64,000 nucleotides of DNA from Raillietiella orientalis (taxonomy: Eukaryota): positions 682,001-746,000 of the forward strand of contig JAYWIR010000041.1 of NCBI GenBank assembly GCA_036172245.1, in the 5' to 3' direction. Numbering within the stretch: position 1 is the first letter of the stretch; the number at the start of each line of letters is the position of its first letter. The translations under genes were made by a program, and so were the position numbers. The notes under the pieces were generated by a model. The model searched no databases, had not been told where the DNA came from, and was given only the letters and a program-made list of their open reading frames with translations. Positions 1 through 17,024 of the stretch are shown piece after piece.

Positions 1-642
1 GTTAGGCCTGAAACCTTCCTTGCCCCCCTCTTGCTTTTTCTAATGGTCCACCATACAAGTAGTGGCAGGAAATTCTTGGAGACCACGGCAGACATTCGAA
101 AGCTCTATTTTAGCTATCTTTTAATAACTAGTAATCACTCTTTCTTCTGTGCCTTTGAAGTATGCGTGACTTGATGTGAAATGCGTGTTGCCACTTTGTG
201 CGATGGTCATACCGCACTTGTCACGTTTCTATCCGAATATCACACTTTTTTTTCTTTCTTTTTTTCTTTCTTGCTAACAGTTTCCTTTTTCTTGTCGAAA
301 CAAGTGCTCCTGCTATGCTCACTAGGTAATGATAACGGAAACGAAATCGCATCCATCCCATCCCGTGTAAACGTTGCCACTTCCGGAGGCTTTTTGCCCT
401 AATTCTATGTTTTTCTTAAATGCTCCGTGATCATCCCTACCTCTCTCTCTGCCGTGCTAGTTTTCAAATGGCTCCTTCTTCTACGTCTTCTATGCTAGAA
501 GGCTCTTGTTTTATTCCTCAATTCCTTCAAAAAACCAAATTTTTTTTTTTTTGGCTCCTGATATCGTTTTCATTTTATTGGGTTTTCATCACCTGCACCA
601 AAGTTACAACTGATTATTCAGTGGCTGATAATTGCATCATGT

Positions 643-1361
643 TCAAAGAGCAAAAGTATCATGTTCTTATAAGCACAAGGCTTTTTTTTTTTTTTGTCCT
701 CCAGTGTATGTGACCAAGCAGTGTTTGCTGCCTGTGGGCCAAAGGGTCTGCGTGGTTGTGGGAAGCTGCCTGTTTAATCTCTGCTGTTAGAGCTGCGGGG
801 AACAAAATGACCACCAGCTTTTGTCTATAATCTTAGCATGTATTCAACGTATTATGTTATTTTCTTTTATTTCACTGCTTACCGTTTCACAGCTTGGTCT
901 GGCAATGAAACGGAGATGCTGGAAGACTGATCAAATCCAAGAATTAGGTTAATGTCAAGCGCGCACAGTGTATATTCAGCCTTTCTTGTGCTGAAGAATT
1001 TTCGTCTATTCAGATTTGGCACCTTGAATTGATAGACATTTAGAACTACATTGGCGTGACCTTCAAGTAATCGTTTGTTATCACAAGTCTGTACTTTTTG
1101 GTGAATGATTGTGGACTTCGAAAGCATCGCGATTTACGTGATGTAATGAAAAATCTTTCCTCTGTGCAGCTTTGTGAGGAATCCTTGCAGGCTCCTCTCT
1201 GCTGCTGCTGTCCCCCCAACGTATTGGTGCTCGGGGACATATGTGGCATTTTTAGTGGTTCGCGAGGAAACCAAATCCAGCCGAAAAAGAACAGTTTTTC
1301 CATCGGGTGGTTGGACCACCATGTCGTAATCACATAATTGCGGAACTGCGCATCTTCTCAT
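643..1361 (-). CDS. Putative unidentified spliced gene, head-to-head with RSU1 (tentative exons 1361-1138, 1088-1061, 1022-883, 824 to ~715, 665-643)
   Basis: ORF MRRCAVPQLCDY...GKIFHYIT can be joined into one open frame through GT-AG introns of 49, 38, 58 and 49 nt, sizes typical of this window. There is a strong donor CG|GTAAGC at 883/882. No homolog recognised. Confidence 0.35.
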
Positions 1362-1655
1362 CTTTGCCAGATTTTATGCAATATGTTACTTAGACCTAAA
1401 TGTTATTTAAACCTAAATGTAACGGAGACTACTTTGATCGTTCTACATTTACAGTGACACTAATGCAGTCATTTATGTTATTCCAGTATTTGCCATTGTG
1501 CTTACGTTTCATTCATTTTTTTGATTAATTAGAAACCGTCCATGGTAGAACTTGTGCAGTTTTAGAAGGGACGAAAGTTTTGTTCCCGGTTTGGTCATCA
1601 AAGAATTTTGGCTATTTAAAAGGATCTAAAGTTCCCAAGTTGACCATTTAACAGA

Positions 1656-4600
1656 ATGTCTAAGGCAAAAAAAATCCTAGAAGATGCCATTGCCAATGGG
1701 AATCCAGAGATTGACTTGGTCAATAAAGGAGTATCATCTTTGGAAGACTTACCACAGCTAAGTAAGAACATATAACTTGTAAAGTTAAAGTCTCCATAAC
1801 ATGAATCTTGTAGCTGATTTAACGTTTATCACCCGCCTGACACTCAGCCATAACAAAATCAAAGGTAAAAAATTCATGTTTATTGTTTGCAGCATGCATT
1901 ATTTTATGACTTCCTGAAGTTCACTTCTCATAAAACTCATAAAACTTTATAAACAAAAGGTCTCATAAAACTTTATAAATGCTTACTTGGTAACCATCGT
2001 AAAAAAGATTTATTTTAATTGATAACAATGGTATTTTTATTGTATGATATTATCTTGATTTCATTTTGTTCTGGTTTTCACAATCTTATGTGTTTGTCGA
2101 ATTTTTTGATTGCTTCCCAATGTTCTCACGTATTTTCTGAACTTCAGTTGTGCCTTCAAGTATTGCTTCATTAGAAAAATTGGAAATTCTTAATTTCTTT
2201 AATAACATGATTGAGGAGATTCCTGCATCACTTGCTGTCATGCAGCATTTGAGGATACTTAATTTGGGGTAATGGTTTTCCTTTTTATATATATATTGAA
2301 TATTTTTTTTAATTATTGAAATTCGTTCCTCCCAACAAATCTTCATGTTGCACATCAATCTTGTTGCATCATTATGGATGCATCAATCTTGTTGCATCAT
2401 CATACCTTTTTTTTCTGCATTTTAATGGACACAGTAAAACTTGGTAATGTGAATTTTCACAAAATGCCTTCCCCGCTTCATAGGAAACTGAGTAATGCGG
2501 TCATTTAGAAAATTACTACAATAGATTAAAGAATGTCATGCCAAATGCTAGGCACTCTAAGAACCATGTCACCCTGATTTACCTGATTTGCATGCTTTTG
2601 ACATTCATAGATCTGATACATTTGTCCAAGACTTTAATGATTCGTGAGCCATGAAATATGTATTGCAATTTCCACAAAATTTTGAATTTAAACTGTAAGA
2701 GACAGATAATTTGATTATTTTTATGAAAACAAGTATATGATGAAGCCAGAATTGCTTTGTTATCCACAATCAGCATATAATGTGGACAATATGTTATTCA
2801 TAACTCTATAAACACTCTAAAACCAGTGCTACTAAAATTTAGCTGACAGATTTCAAAGTTTTGCCTTTTTTTTTGTTTTTTGTTTTTTCTTTTGCTTTAC
2901 ACTTCACTACTGCATTAGCTATTCTAGGAAAAAGTGATGCTGAATATCTCGAAGATCAGAAAACAAATTTTTAGCTCTTAAGTGTTCATTATAGAAATGT
3001 AAGAAACGTTGAAGATCATATATGTTATCAAAAATTCCCCAAAATCATTTTGATAGAAAAAGAAAATCCAGAATGGCCGAATTGGTATGCACTATAATAA
3101 AATTAATACAGCAGAGTTTTCTGATCAAAATTCAAGCTAACTAGTCTTGTCTGATATCCTAAAGAACTACAATTGCCCTCAAAAAGTATGAATTTTTTTT
3201 ACAACAGTAGAGGGAACGTGTTTGAATTGAAAGAAGAAAAGTGACATGTGGAGAAAAGTAAACTTCCTTGCATTCATACATCTTTAAACCATACCAGCAA
3301 GATCATTATATGGACCATATTTATCCAGTTTTATTTATGTATGATGATCCATGAAATCATGGATATGGACCTAATTATCTTTCAAAAAATAATTTAAATG
3401 AATTATCTCATACACTGATCAAAAGAGAATAATGCGCTTGTGGTATAGATAAGATGGAAATGGGGTTACTGAAAACTCAATGACATGGAAAACAAATTAA
3501 TGAAAGATTAATGCCATGGTCTTAAATAAAATAGATAACAGATTGCAAAATCTGTTGGCAGCATTGAAGTTATTGGAGAGTGTGAGTACTACCAATAATC
3601 TCTCAGTAGCATCTTTAGTTGTCAACTAAAATAATATTAAAAAGAGAACAAAAAAAAACTATTATATTCATCGATTCTGCTTTTCGAATGCACAGTGCTA
3701 ATATACAGACAGATGAAAAGTAGTACCAATTGCAGAGGTGCAACATGTAATAAGGCATGTAATAGGATTTCTTTTGAGTTTGTGTAGCGCATTTCAGCAC
3801 ATATTTAGATGATACAAGGAAATAAAACAGCTCCGATCCTAACTGTATTAAATTGACATTCTGAATGCTAAAATTCCATCATAATCACCCCAGTATAATT
3901 TGGAGATTTTCCCACATTCTAGTAGATAAGGAAATCAGTTCATGAATACTAATGTAAAAAATAACCTTGACACTGGCATTTTTGCATATCAGGTATTTTA
4001 TTCATCAAAAATTATTGATGTGTCTTGTTTGTTTGTCTTGTTGCAACTTGTTTTTTTGTAATGACCAATCACTGGGAAGCTGTTGGCACATTCTCTTCAA
4101 GGGAAGTTTGTTATGGGATTTTTTGTATGTTGATTTTTTCTATTTCTATACTTGTATTTTGAAGATATAATGTATTTTCATATAAATATTGTTGTGATAC
4201 GTAATTATTAAATACATTTGCAAGTATAAGCATTGAAATATATAAATGAAGTATAAAATTAATCTTTATTTGCTTATGTTTATCAAACTCTTCCATCCTC
4301 AGTGTTGTTATGTTTCTTGTTACCACAGGTTTTGAAATCTTTGTGCTTTGAAAGATCTGAGTAGGGTAGTATTTAAATCATGATTAAAATACATATAATG
4401 TTATACTGCTTCATTATTGTGTTTAGATTTTGGGCATATTAAATGATGAATCTTAAGGAAGTTACTAAGTTCCCCCTTGAAAACAACCTGAGGTTATAAT
4501 TTTATCACTATCTACTGTTGTGATTTTGAAATCGTTTCAGGATAAAGAATCAATATTTGGACAGTTATGTGCAACAAGCTGTTTTTGAACCTCTGTTCCA

Positions 4601-6824
4601 TAGGGAGATCTTAAAGGCATACAGTTGGATGACTCATTTGAAAACATGAAGACAATCATAAAGTACCCATTCTTGTTGTGAAAATTATTGTGATATTAAA
4701 AATGATCGTACATTAAAATATATGACATATAACATCCATTATATCAAATAGCTTGCTTGCTTATTAAATTCACTGTGGTTCTGCACACCCAAAAAACTTG
4801 CATGACAAAATTTATATCATTGTCAGAGCTTCTTGACGTGTATTTATTTTATTAACGATGGCATTGGATTCAAAATTATTTGTGACCATCAAACTGCCAT
4901 TTGCAAGAGATTAAGATCACAAACATGATTGACACTATGAGGTTTACAGAAAATGCAGCAATTTTATGATTTGGTAACTTTTATGGAGTGACAACAACAG
5001 CAAAGTAAATTGTGATCTTTCACAGAGTGGAAGCTAATTATATTTAGGGAAGTATCTTTTTTCTTCCTAAATTGAATGTAATGTTCATTGTGTCTAACAA
5101 TGCATGTTACCAGTCTCATCTCATAATACTTGATATCCAATTCTCTTTATGTGACTGTGTGACCTCAAACTGAAGAATCTATGGTGATTCTGTTTTTCTT
5201 GAAAGATTTAAATCAGTGATTAGCAGTGTAAAAGTTTGTTATTGCAGTGGTCTTCAGTTAGGAGCTGACAGAATAAAAAGGATGATTGATCATGTAATGT
5301 GTTTCACCAATAGTTTCAATGTTATATGGAACAAAACTTTAAGGAATTATTATCTCGTTATCTTCAAATGCTTTAAGTCAAATGTCTTAAGTTTCCATAA
5401 GAAGGGGTTCACAAACTCATCATGTGCTTAAATTACTTCACGATCACGGTTTTTATTTAAGAATTCTATGAAGTTTGCAATTTTATTTCTCAATAAGGGT
5501 AGATAAAAATTTTCGTTAGACATATAAAATAAATATTGCTAAAGACAGTTGTTTTGGTACATAATGCATAGTCTGTTGTTAGTTATTTCGGTAGTTCCTT
5601 GTAATTTCAGTGTTGAGTTTTTAATTAGACATAAACAGTATTCGTGTGGTGTGTAGCATGGTATTACTTTCATCATTTATAATTCTTAAATCTGGAAATT
5701 CCATTGGTGCATGAAGGTGTTGTGTGCACATGTTCAGTTGATTCCCATTGATTATTATTTTCTAAGAATCGAAGGTACTGGGTTTGATTTGAGCCGTTCA
5801 TTACTTTTGTGTTATCTCAACTATGAAAGTCAGAATAAGCAACCAACCATCTCAAATTGTGCTATACTGATTTTTTTTATTCCAATCATATGTGATTTGG
5901 TGACTCAATTTCATAGTTATTTTATACTTCATTCAATTATAAGAGTTTTGTTTCATGCTGCATTGCGTTTTTTAATAATATTTTTCTAGTATTTGGGTTT
6001 TAATTGATGATACAGCATAAACCTGACTTGTGTAATTTCCAAAAAATCATTATTTGATGTTTGGTATTTTTGAATTTAGGAAGCTGTTCATATAATTTTA
6101 GGATGAACCGCCTTAACAAACTGCCAAGAGGATTTGGAGCCTTCCCTACTTTGGAGATTTTAGATCTTACCTACAACAATCTGTCAGAAAACAACTTGCC
6201 TCAGAATTTCTTTTTTACAGGTTGTTATTTTGCTCTGTGTATGCTAACTGCTCTCTGGTATAGATACTTTAAGGGCACTATATTTGGGTGACAATGACTT
6301 TGAGCGTATTCCTCCTGAAATTGGCAATCTAAGAAATCTGCAAATTGTGAGCGCCATCTGGAATTAACCTGGAGTCTGCTATTTTTATATAGCTTTCATT
6401 GCGAGAAAATGATCTCCTTGAACTGCCAACAGAAATAGGACAGCTGACTCGACTTCGAGAGTTGCACATTCAAGGAAATCGACTAACTGTGCTACCTCCT
6501 GAAATAGGTGAACCAATTCTGCTATTCAGGAAATAGGAGTAATTAAGATTGCAGCACACACAGATTTGCATACTAACAAGTCAGTTCTTCGCATGGAAAA
6601 TAATCCCTGGGTTACTCCTATTGCTGATCAGCTGTTGGTTGGTGTGTCTCATGTATTAGAGTACATTCGTTCAGATACTTATCAGTAGTGAGTATGGTTG
6701 GAGTTTTGTTTTTCACTTAAACGTGTATTCTAGTTTGTATAAAAAGCATATGAGTGCTCCAAACCATCCTGTGCCTCCAAAAACGAATGACAAAAGCAAA
6801 AAATTATCTCGACGCCATGACTGA
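1656..6824 (+). CDS. RSU1: Ras suppressor protein 1 (LRR protein); exons 1656-1761, 1814-1864, 2148-2268, 6102-6220, 6264-6346, 6393-6507, 6555-6687, 6734-6824
   Basis: Spliced translation [11 protein letters not shown]...[11 protein letters not shown]...[28 protein letters not shown]...[12 protein letters not shown]...[28 protein letters not shown]...[14 protein letters not shown]. All introns are GT-AG and frame-consistent. Confidence 0.95.
4600..4980 (-). mobile_element. Possible highly decayed Helitron/PIF1-type helicase C-terminal remnant in RSU1 intron 3
   Basis: Frameshifted minus-strand peptides in the expected order: PNHKI...[23 protein letters not shown]. These resemble Helitron PxHKL..IMLLRN / LCNGTRL / FAMTINKSQG / VFSHGQLYVA motifs. 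Very degenerate. Confidence 0.3.
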
Positions 6825-7994
6825 CAAATTGTCATGACTGCTTGGATTTATATTTTGCAGAAGTTAATTGAACTCCAACAACTAAACCTCAATGATTGAC
6901 TTCTCGTGTTATGCTTACAAGCTAATCCGTCCCTTAATAAATTCAGCCCCCCATGTTTTCTGTTTCGAAGCTTGGTGCAGCATTAACAGACATCTTTGCA
7001 GTAGCATATTGTTTTATACATTAGCTGAAATGATTCTTAAACAAATTTCTAAGAACAGTACGCATAATTGTATTTTCTATTTTTACTAAATGATTAGAAA
7101 TGAAGAAATACTTTGAAACGAAGGAATAATTTGTAACAGTGTTCAATTCACGGTGGAAGTTTGTATTCAAGTTTGTTCTTTTAAACCAAAGCAAGCAAAA
7201 ACTGATGCTATTAGCAGCATTTCAGATTGTAATTTAGAGTTTAGGAATTCTAAAGAATGGATAACAGTTGAAAACGAATTGACTTGCCTTCAAAAAAATA
7301 TGCTCTTCTAGAGAGAGTGAGAAATTGAGAATGCTATACAACTCAATTGCTTATTGCTACGTAGCTTGCTGCCAAAACGAAAAGTTTCTGCTTTTCTGGC
7401 TACCTAAAAATCACTCCAGAATGTGTATGATTACTTTCAAATTGAAAGTGGTTTAATTACTGCATTAAGTTAGATGTAGCCAGCATCTAACTTTAGCGGC
7501 AAATTTCGTCGCAAGCAGTAATTATGCATATAATATCCTTGTACTTTAGTTTTCCTTCCAGCAGCTCGTTAATACATGCAGTTCTGGTTAATTGCCTTCC
7601 AATATCTGTGATCTTGCGACCATTGAGGCAGGTTAACGATTTTTAGCACTCTTGTTTCACTGCTTGCATTGACTTTTGGTGGATGCACAAAATGTATTTT
7701 GTTTTTTGATGTTAAAAAATTTAATTTCTATGTAGCACTTCTAGGTGGACAATTGGATTTGCATACTTTTGTTTTTGATTTGCTACCGAGATCCTATAAA
7801 CAGTATATGTATAGATAGAAATGCTTTCAGTTTTTCTTTTTATTTGTTCATTTATGAGCCCAGAACTGTTAATGCAGTTTCAAGGGCCAGCTGATGCAGT
7901 CTATGCATTAGTGACCTTGAAGAATTCACACTGCAAATTAACACATGATTAACTCTTATGGATCTCATTTTCTAGTAAATATTTATAAATTTCC

Positions 7995-9777
<1,783 letters not shown>

Positions 9778-10723
9778 TTCACTCCAAACTATAGGAGCCT
9801 GTGGCAAGAAATGTCAGATTTGTGATTCATTTGCAAGATGCATGCAAAACTACATTCAAATCAGATATAATTTCATACTTCTGAAGCTGTAAATTTTAGT
9901 ATTTTCTATTATTTACTGTTGAAAGTTTGTGAAGAGATATAGTTATTTATTTTTGTAATCTAAGATGATACCAAATTGTATCATATGATGGTACTTCAGT
10001 AATAAAGATGTAACAAATAATTAAAGCTGCTATTCCACTTCACATTTTAAATGTTGATGCATAACATGAAAGCATCAAAGTATTTAAAAAAAAATTTTTT
10101 TTTTTTTTTTTTACAAAATCAAACGCTTTATGATAAAACACCATGCACAACAAATGAAAGGAAACACGAATAATTTGAAGTCATTAAAATTGACTAGAAT
10201 AGTTTGCTAAAATTATTTTCCATGCTTGATTAAACTTCCCACATATTACAACCCTTCAAACTTGCATTCATTACCTCAATTGTTGAATACTCTAATTGTA
10301 ACAGCACTAACCTCACAAGAAATGCACAAAAGGAAACCTCTGCACAACTAATTCACACACATGGTACTATTGGTATAAACATCATTAAAGATGTGTATGT
10401 AAATTTTCAGTAATTCTAAAGCAAATATTCACAAATATGAAATGCAACATCTTAAATCATAACTATCAATGGAGTATATGTTATCCTAGAAAGTCAACAG
10501 GGTACACACGTGATGGCACTTGCATATGACAACACTTAATACAAGGAAACTTGAAAATGTTGGCATTTGTTTTCACATATGCATTTCCAAAACTCAATTT
10601 GAAGTGATAAAAATACGAATTTTGATATACCGATGATAAAATTACACCTGAAGATATACATAATACTTATGAAAAATGACGGAACGTTCAAGACTTTTAT
10701 TAAAAATCGGTAATTCACATATT

Positions 10724-11217
10724 TTATCGTCTTGCAGCTGGAGTCCATGCACCCCTCGCCACGGCTGCAGCTCCTCTTAAAGCCATTAAGCCTCTTGCTC
10801 GTCCTCTTCCTCTTGCAGCTAATAATACAGAAATATTATTGTATATTTACAAAGCTATGCTGCAATTTTAACGATGAAGGCAATGAAAGTATATTCTATA
10901 CCTTGAGCTCTTAAAATAGCAGATTTCCCTCTTCCTGCCGTGCCCGTACCCTTGCTTTTTATATTCTTAAACATTGGTGCGTTCTTCAACATATCTGGTA
11001 GGACAAGAAATCGTATTTTCGATCCTCTTATATAGATATTCTCCAGTTGGGCCACTCTCCCATCTCTATATGTGACGGTAACATTTACCATCTGACAGTT
11101 CATATTGTCTTCAGCTTCTATTAATTTGCCTCGGTAGACCTCTCCTGTGTTTGTTTCACAAGATATAATGTGCCCTTCGGCCTCGTGCAACACTTTTACA
11201 GGCACACCAATGGACAT
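10724..11217 (-). CDS. SNRPD3: Small nuclear ribonucleoprotein Sm D3; exons 11217-10902, 10818-10724
   Basis: [43 protein letters not shown]...[21 protein letters not shown], followed by an RG-rich tail [10 protein letters not shown]... in the second exon. Confidence 0.97.
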
Positions 11218-12161
11218 GATAACTGCTGCAGACACAAACGAACTTTCAATCCCACATATGCAACAGCAGCAGTACCACTCGCTATTCCTCCTACTCAATT
11301 TAACAAATTCAAATCGGAACTGTATGACATAAATTCAGTTTGCCTAAGTCCTCCCATACTTGCCATGCATTTACAAATGTTAACGTATATTTTCGCATAA
11401 ACACATACATAAGTTATATAATACGAAGCAGTCTAAAGGAAATTTTCAAACACATATAACAAATGTAACCAACCAAGTTATATATTTTATTGTAATATAA
11501 AGGAATTGCAATATACACAAAATAATTGGATTTGATTTGTATGTATATAAATATGCTCTCAAGAATTGTATATGTGATTAAACTTGAGTCAATTTATTAA
11601 GCAATCAAAGTGTAAGCGACACTGATGGATTACCTAGTAAACGAGGAATATATTCTGTAGGAATATAGCTGTCCTCTGTAGCGCTTTGTTTCGATGCCTG
11701 TCAGAATAAATCTTAACATAAGTTCAAATCGAAAAACAAATCATCAAGAAGCAGAATTATAAGTTCTCCTAATTAAGGTGCCAACGGTGGTTTTCTTTAT
11801 TGAGTGATCATATCATACTTATTATCTTTAGTATGGTTTTCAAATGTTAAGTATTCTATGAATTTTCATAGTCTGAAATAAGGCCATGTGATTAGAATAC
11901 TTAATCGCATAAAGCGATGTAATGTAATACCAGAGCATGTACGAGAAGAAAGAAACGATTCTCTGCAGCTTCAGAGGAATATGAAATTTGCACGTGTTTA
12001 GTTCAATGGATGATCAATTCGATTAATGTATTAAAACATAGGGATAATAATAACTGTCACTGTATTCAGATTCTTCATTGCGGTTTATTTTCCCAAATAG
12101 CTTTCTAATCCTCCCATTACATTGCAAACAATTCAAGAATTCTCTTTTTCTTTTACTGAGC

Positions 12162-12298
12162 AAAAGTTTAGTTTCGCTCCTCAGACATCATAATTGATGC
12201 GCTTGAGCACAAACTGTGAAAAGTTCAAAACACTTGCAAGCAGCTTGTAGCTGGATTAATAGTTAATGCGGCCAATAAAGAGATAGAAATGGAAATGT
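12162..12298 (+). repeat. Diverged direct repeat, copy 1 (copy 2 at 13065-13199)
   Basis: Shares CTCCTCAGACAT..ATAAT, CACAAACTG.GAAAAGTT.AAAAC.CTTGCAAGCAGCTT and ATTAATAGTTAATGCGGC with the copy ~900 bp downstream. Confidence 0.85.
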
Positions 12299-13064
12299 CT
12301 TTATTCACCATTCGTTCTATCAGTTCTGAATGTGAACAAACTGGCTGTGAGAAACCGCGAATCTCTGGATCATCGGATCGCTCAGATTCGTTGAGGTTGC
12401 TGAAATATGACTTATCTCCCAGCACATCAACGAGTACAGCCGTTGCATTCCCTGGTATGATGCATTAAATTTCATGCACACGTACAACTCGAAAGCAAGT
12501 CTGTTAAAATGATGCGAAACTGACAGACTTTTATTTGCATTCATCCTTTGACACAACTTTAGCCAATTTGCGATCTCGCCATTTTACGTAATTTACGTAC
12601 ATGTCAGCACACTCCTCAACTGTTTACACAAATAAGTATCACTCGCAGCAGATAGAAACAAGTATGTAATGTTCTTGTGTCTAAAATATCACATGTGCTT
12701 TGTTCTCAAAAAATTCGTTTAATTGTGATATATTTTGATGATATTGTATAGCACAAAACCAATTGTTAGCAAAAGTAGTTTCTGGAAAGTGAATTTCAGA
12801 TTTATTGCAGGCACTGAATAAACGCGTCTTTGAATAAATGCTTATTTGACGGTAAAAATTCATAGGATGATTAATAGTTACTTCCCAATTAATAGCATTA
12901 TATATCTTAGCATTTATTGGAAAAATTTTCGTTATAGCACTTTGCACGTGGCTGTGAAATACATATACACATATGAATGTACGAATATATTACTTGTCCA
13001 GAAGTTCTAAAACTCGAACATCAAGCATTTGTAACATGACATTAGTGACATCCCATATCAAATG

Positions 13065-13199
13065 AAAAGTTCAAAGTTCTCCTCAGACATTATAATCAAT
13101 TTGAACACAAACTGGGAAAAGTTTAAAACCCTTGCAAGCAGCTTCATAGCTGCATTAATAGTTAATGCGGCAAATGAAAAGTTGGAAAGGGAGCTGTTC
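13065..13199 (+). repeat. Diverged direct repeat, copy 2
   Basis: Aligns by eye to 12162-12298 with scattered substitutions and small indels. Confidence 0.85.
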
Positions 13200-13959
13200 A
13201 AAGTCTTTCCTTGCTATTGCATGTTCAGGCAAAATTTCAAGAGTAACTTTTAATGAGAGCTAAAGACACAACATGAAGATGTAGGAAGGGGAAAAAAAAA
13301 AAACAGAATTATTCTATGCTGCGGTACAAAATGTACACAGGATTCGTAACTGTTACCTTGAACAATTTGTTAATAAAAGTATTCATAAACTTCGTCAATA
13401 GCAAAAAGCATAAGCATTTAGTAACCAGAAACGTCGGAATATGTGAAATAAAACTCTCCGGTTACCTTACGTATGCGTTTTCGGGCCTGCATAATAGAAT
13501 ACAAAGAAAAGAAAGCTATGAAATAACCATTCGTAATTAGAATACTGCATTGCATTGATTTTTGGAAAACCACTAGTGCGTTGTACAGGTTCCCAAATCT
13601 GAGGATTTTGAAACCACCAAAGAGTCTTTGGAAACATGCTTTGAAAAAAGTTTTGCATTCTCAGAGATATGCTGTCTTTTGTTTTTTTTCATTCCATATT
13701 GCACATGTATGTTAGCAATTTTTTTTTACTTTGTGAGCCAATTTTTTAGCATGAATTCCGTGTGCAAAACCTTGGCCTCCACATCTGAATTAAGAAAAAT
13801 GTCATCAATAGAGCTAAAAAAAGCAAAGAGATATTATTTTTTACTTATCGTGCACTAGAAAGCATTTTAGAATTTTGCAAGAATATACCATAATTTAAGC
13901 ATATATGAAGAAATTATGTTAAAGGCATTCAACGGAGCTTATGGGAACGTGGGATAACA

Positions 13960-14650
13960 CAGTGTATTAGGAAGTGAATGAGACACCTACTGTGCTCAGT
14001 CAAGCTAAGATGTTAATTACAAGAGCTCATTGTTTGATTTGCATGCAGACCAAATTCCCCGGCATCAGATCCCCATTTCCGTACTTGTTCCATGAAATTT
14101 TTTAAAGCGTACTGTTGTTCTTTGAATGCACAATCCTTTCCTTGTTTTTATTTGTCCTTGAAGGTATGACAATATAGAATGCCTTATCAAAGTATATACT
14201 GTGCCTTCTTCGCCTTGAAAAACTCATGAGATCAGTCTGGACCGACATGCATAACAAAGGATGGTTACTTAATTACAAAATACGCCCTACGTCCAAACAA
14301 AAGTGATCGCTGCTATTATCCTTGCTGCTGTCGCTTGACCACAGATTTCTTACATACAAAAGTTCAGTTTTGAACTTGTGTTGTGTCCATACACCTTTCC
14401 AGTAAACCAAAGTGTACTCTGGAATCACGAATCATTGGTGCCTTGTGCTTGTTCCCTCCTTCTGTGGCCTGTATATTTGATTCTCATTAGCGTTAGTTGT
14501 TCCAGGAAACTGCTAGGACTTAAGTGTGTCACATACATTCCTCTCCGTTGTATTCACGCAAGAAATCTATGCGCTGAAGGTCGAATCTTTCTGCCTCAGG
14601 CATCACACGACAACGTCTACTGGTCTCTTTTGTATGCTAGGACATCACTG
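13960..14650 (-). mobile_element. Possible decayed IS630/Tc1-mariner-type transposase remnant
   Basis: Fragmented minus-strand peptides RRCRVMPEAERFDLQRIDFLREY, NLWSSD, FVMHVGPD, DKAFY and IHCVIP. Their order resembles MERxDI..R..FLR / W / IIVHAG / DNASYH / YHCELNP of DDE_3-type transposases. Confidence 0.3.
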
Positions 14651-16194
14651 TAAACGAATTTCGAGAACACCCCTTTGAAGCGCAGGGCTTTACAATCCAA
14701 CTCAACATACACACGCATTACACTTCCTTTTTACATCGGCTTAAGAACCGATGGCATATGAAATTTGATTTTTTATATCATGAATCTACTCTTTAGACGG
14801 ACCCCCCCCCATTGTTTTACATGGAAAAGGGACTGCTTGCTGTGCACATTCCACATGATGTGGTAAGGCACATCCTCCTCTGAAACTTCTTATTCTCGGG
14901 ATTTCATCTCACTCTATACATGACTTTGGATTAGGACTAGATTCTATAAATTAGGTTTACTAAGCATGTTCGGTGCTTTCTATCAAGTTTTAAGGTCCGC
15001 ACATCGAAACCATATCAGTTTGCCAATTACGACATGAGGTACATGGTCACCCCTTCGTCAAAATCCATGCACTTAGAACTTGACCTACGTAAAACTTTGT
15101 GAATTATGGAAATGAGGAATTACTTCGATTCATTTTCCCTCGATTTGGCAAGATGGACAAATCTGACTTTGAAAAAACCGACTTGTGAATTTAATTGTAA
15201 CAATCTTTCTCCTGACACTTTTTCTTTGCGTTGTGGGAATCCCAGGCTGATGAGCATAAGCTAATCACTTCGTTACAATAAAAAATCACTCGATTTCTTA
15301 ACTGTAGCACCATCTGCCCACAAAGGGAACGTTTACACTACTGGAGCTAGAGATAATGTAATACTTTACCCATGATAATGTGCAAATCCGCTAAAATACA
15401 GGAACGAAGTACCACATCTCATGACTAATTTTTTGAAAGTTTTGAGAATTTTGTTTTCAATTCAGTAATGCAACAGAAAACTACGATTGACTTTTGTTTC
15501 GACTCTGCTTTGGTATTTGGTATCACCCCTCACAAAAGGTGCAGAACAGCATTCCAAGTTATGCACAGGCTAAAATTGCTTCGTGGATAATAGTCGAATG
15601 ACTGTTGTCCCATAACTTTTTAGAGATAATCGTTTCTGATTATTCAGATTCGCAAAAATAAGTCACAATGTACACTCATCAACATTCCCATTTTTGGCTG
15701 GCAATTCCATAATGCGCTTCAACCCTATAAGAATACTAAAAGTTAACAGAAAACGGAAAGCGTGAATAATTGAAGTAATTCATCCTTTCTAATGTGCTAA
15801 ACGGTTTCTAGATCAAAAGCTCTTAAATCTTGAAAATAAACCCAGCTTACGTTATCCAAATGTGTATGTTTTATAATACCCAAAAGAAAATTCATTTTCT
15901 GTGAATGGGAAAAAAATCAGGACCAGAAAAAATAAAGAAAGCTCAGCAACTTTTTGACAAGGAAGAAATTCTACATAACAAACTTAAGAGCATACATCAT
16001 CTAACTTTTCATCTTTCTAACAGCCTTCCTAAGACAAATGAACACAGCAACCAAAGAACATTACAGAAATGATTCCTTTATAATAAGGAGAAAAAAATCC
16101 AGACACAGCTCATGCTGCATCTTATGTAAATTGCAATCCCATGCTCATTTAGAATGAGCAGGTCACTATATGCTTCTGATTTTTCTTCATATCA

Positions 16195-17024
<830 letters not shown>

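Noticed and set aside
1200..1361. THAP zinc finger suggested by MRRCAVPQLC
   Set aside because: The downstream conserved Trp and CxxH are absent.
1927..2402. Short tandem duplications (CTCATAAAACTTTATAAA; CATCAATCTTGTTGCATCAT)
   Set aside because: Only two or three copies in introns, consistent with slippage; no repeat-spacer array, so not CRISPR-like.
11218..11298. Cys-rich N-terminal extension of SmD3 in the ORF track
   Set aside because: The conserved protein starts at MSIGVP, and an acceptor (TGCAG/CAG) lies just upstream, so the extension is probably intron or UTR.
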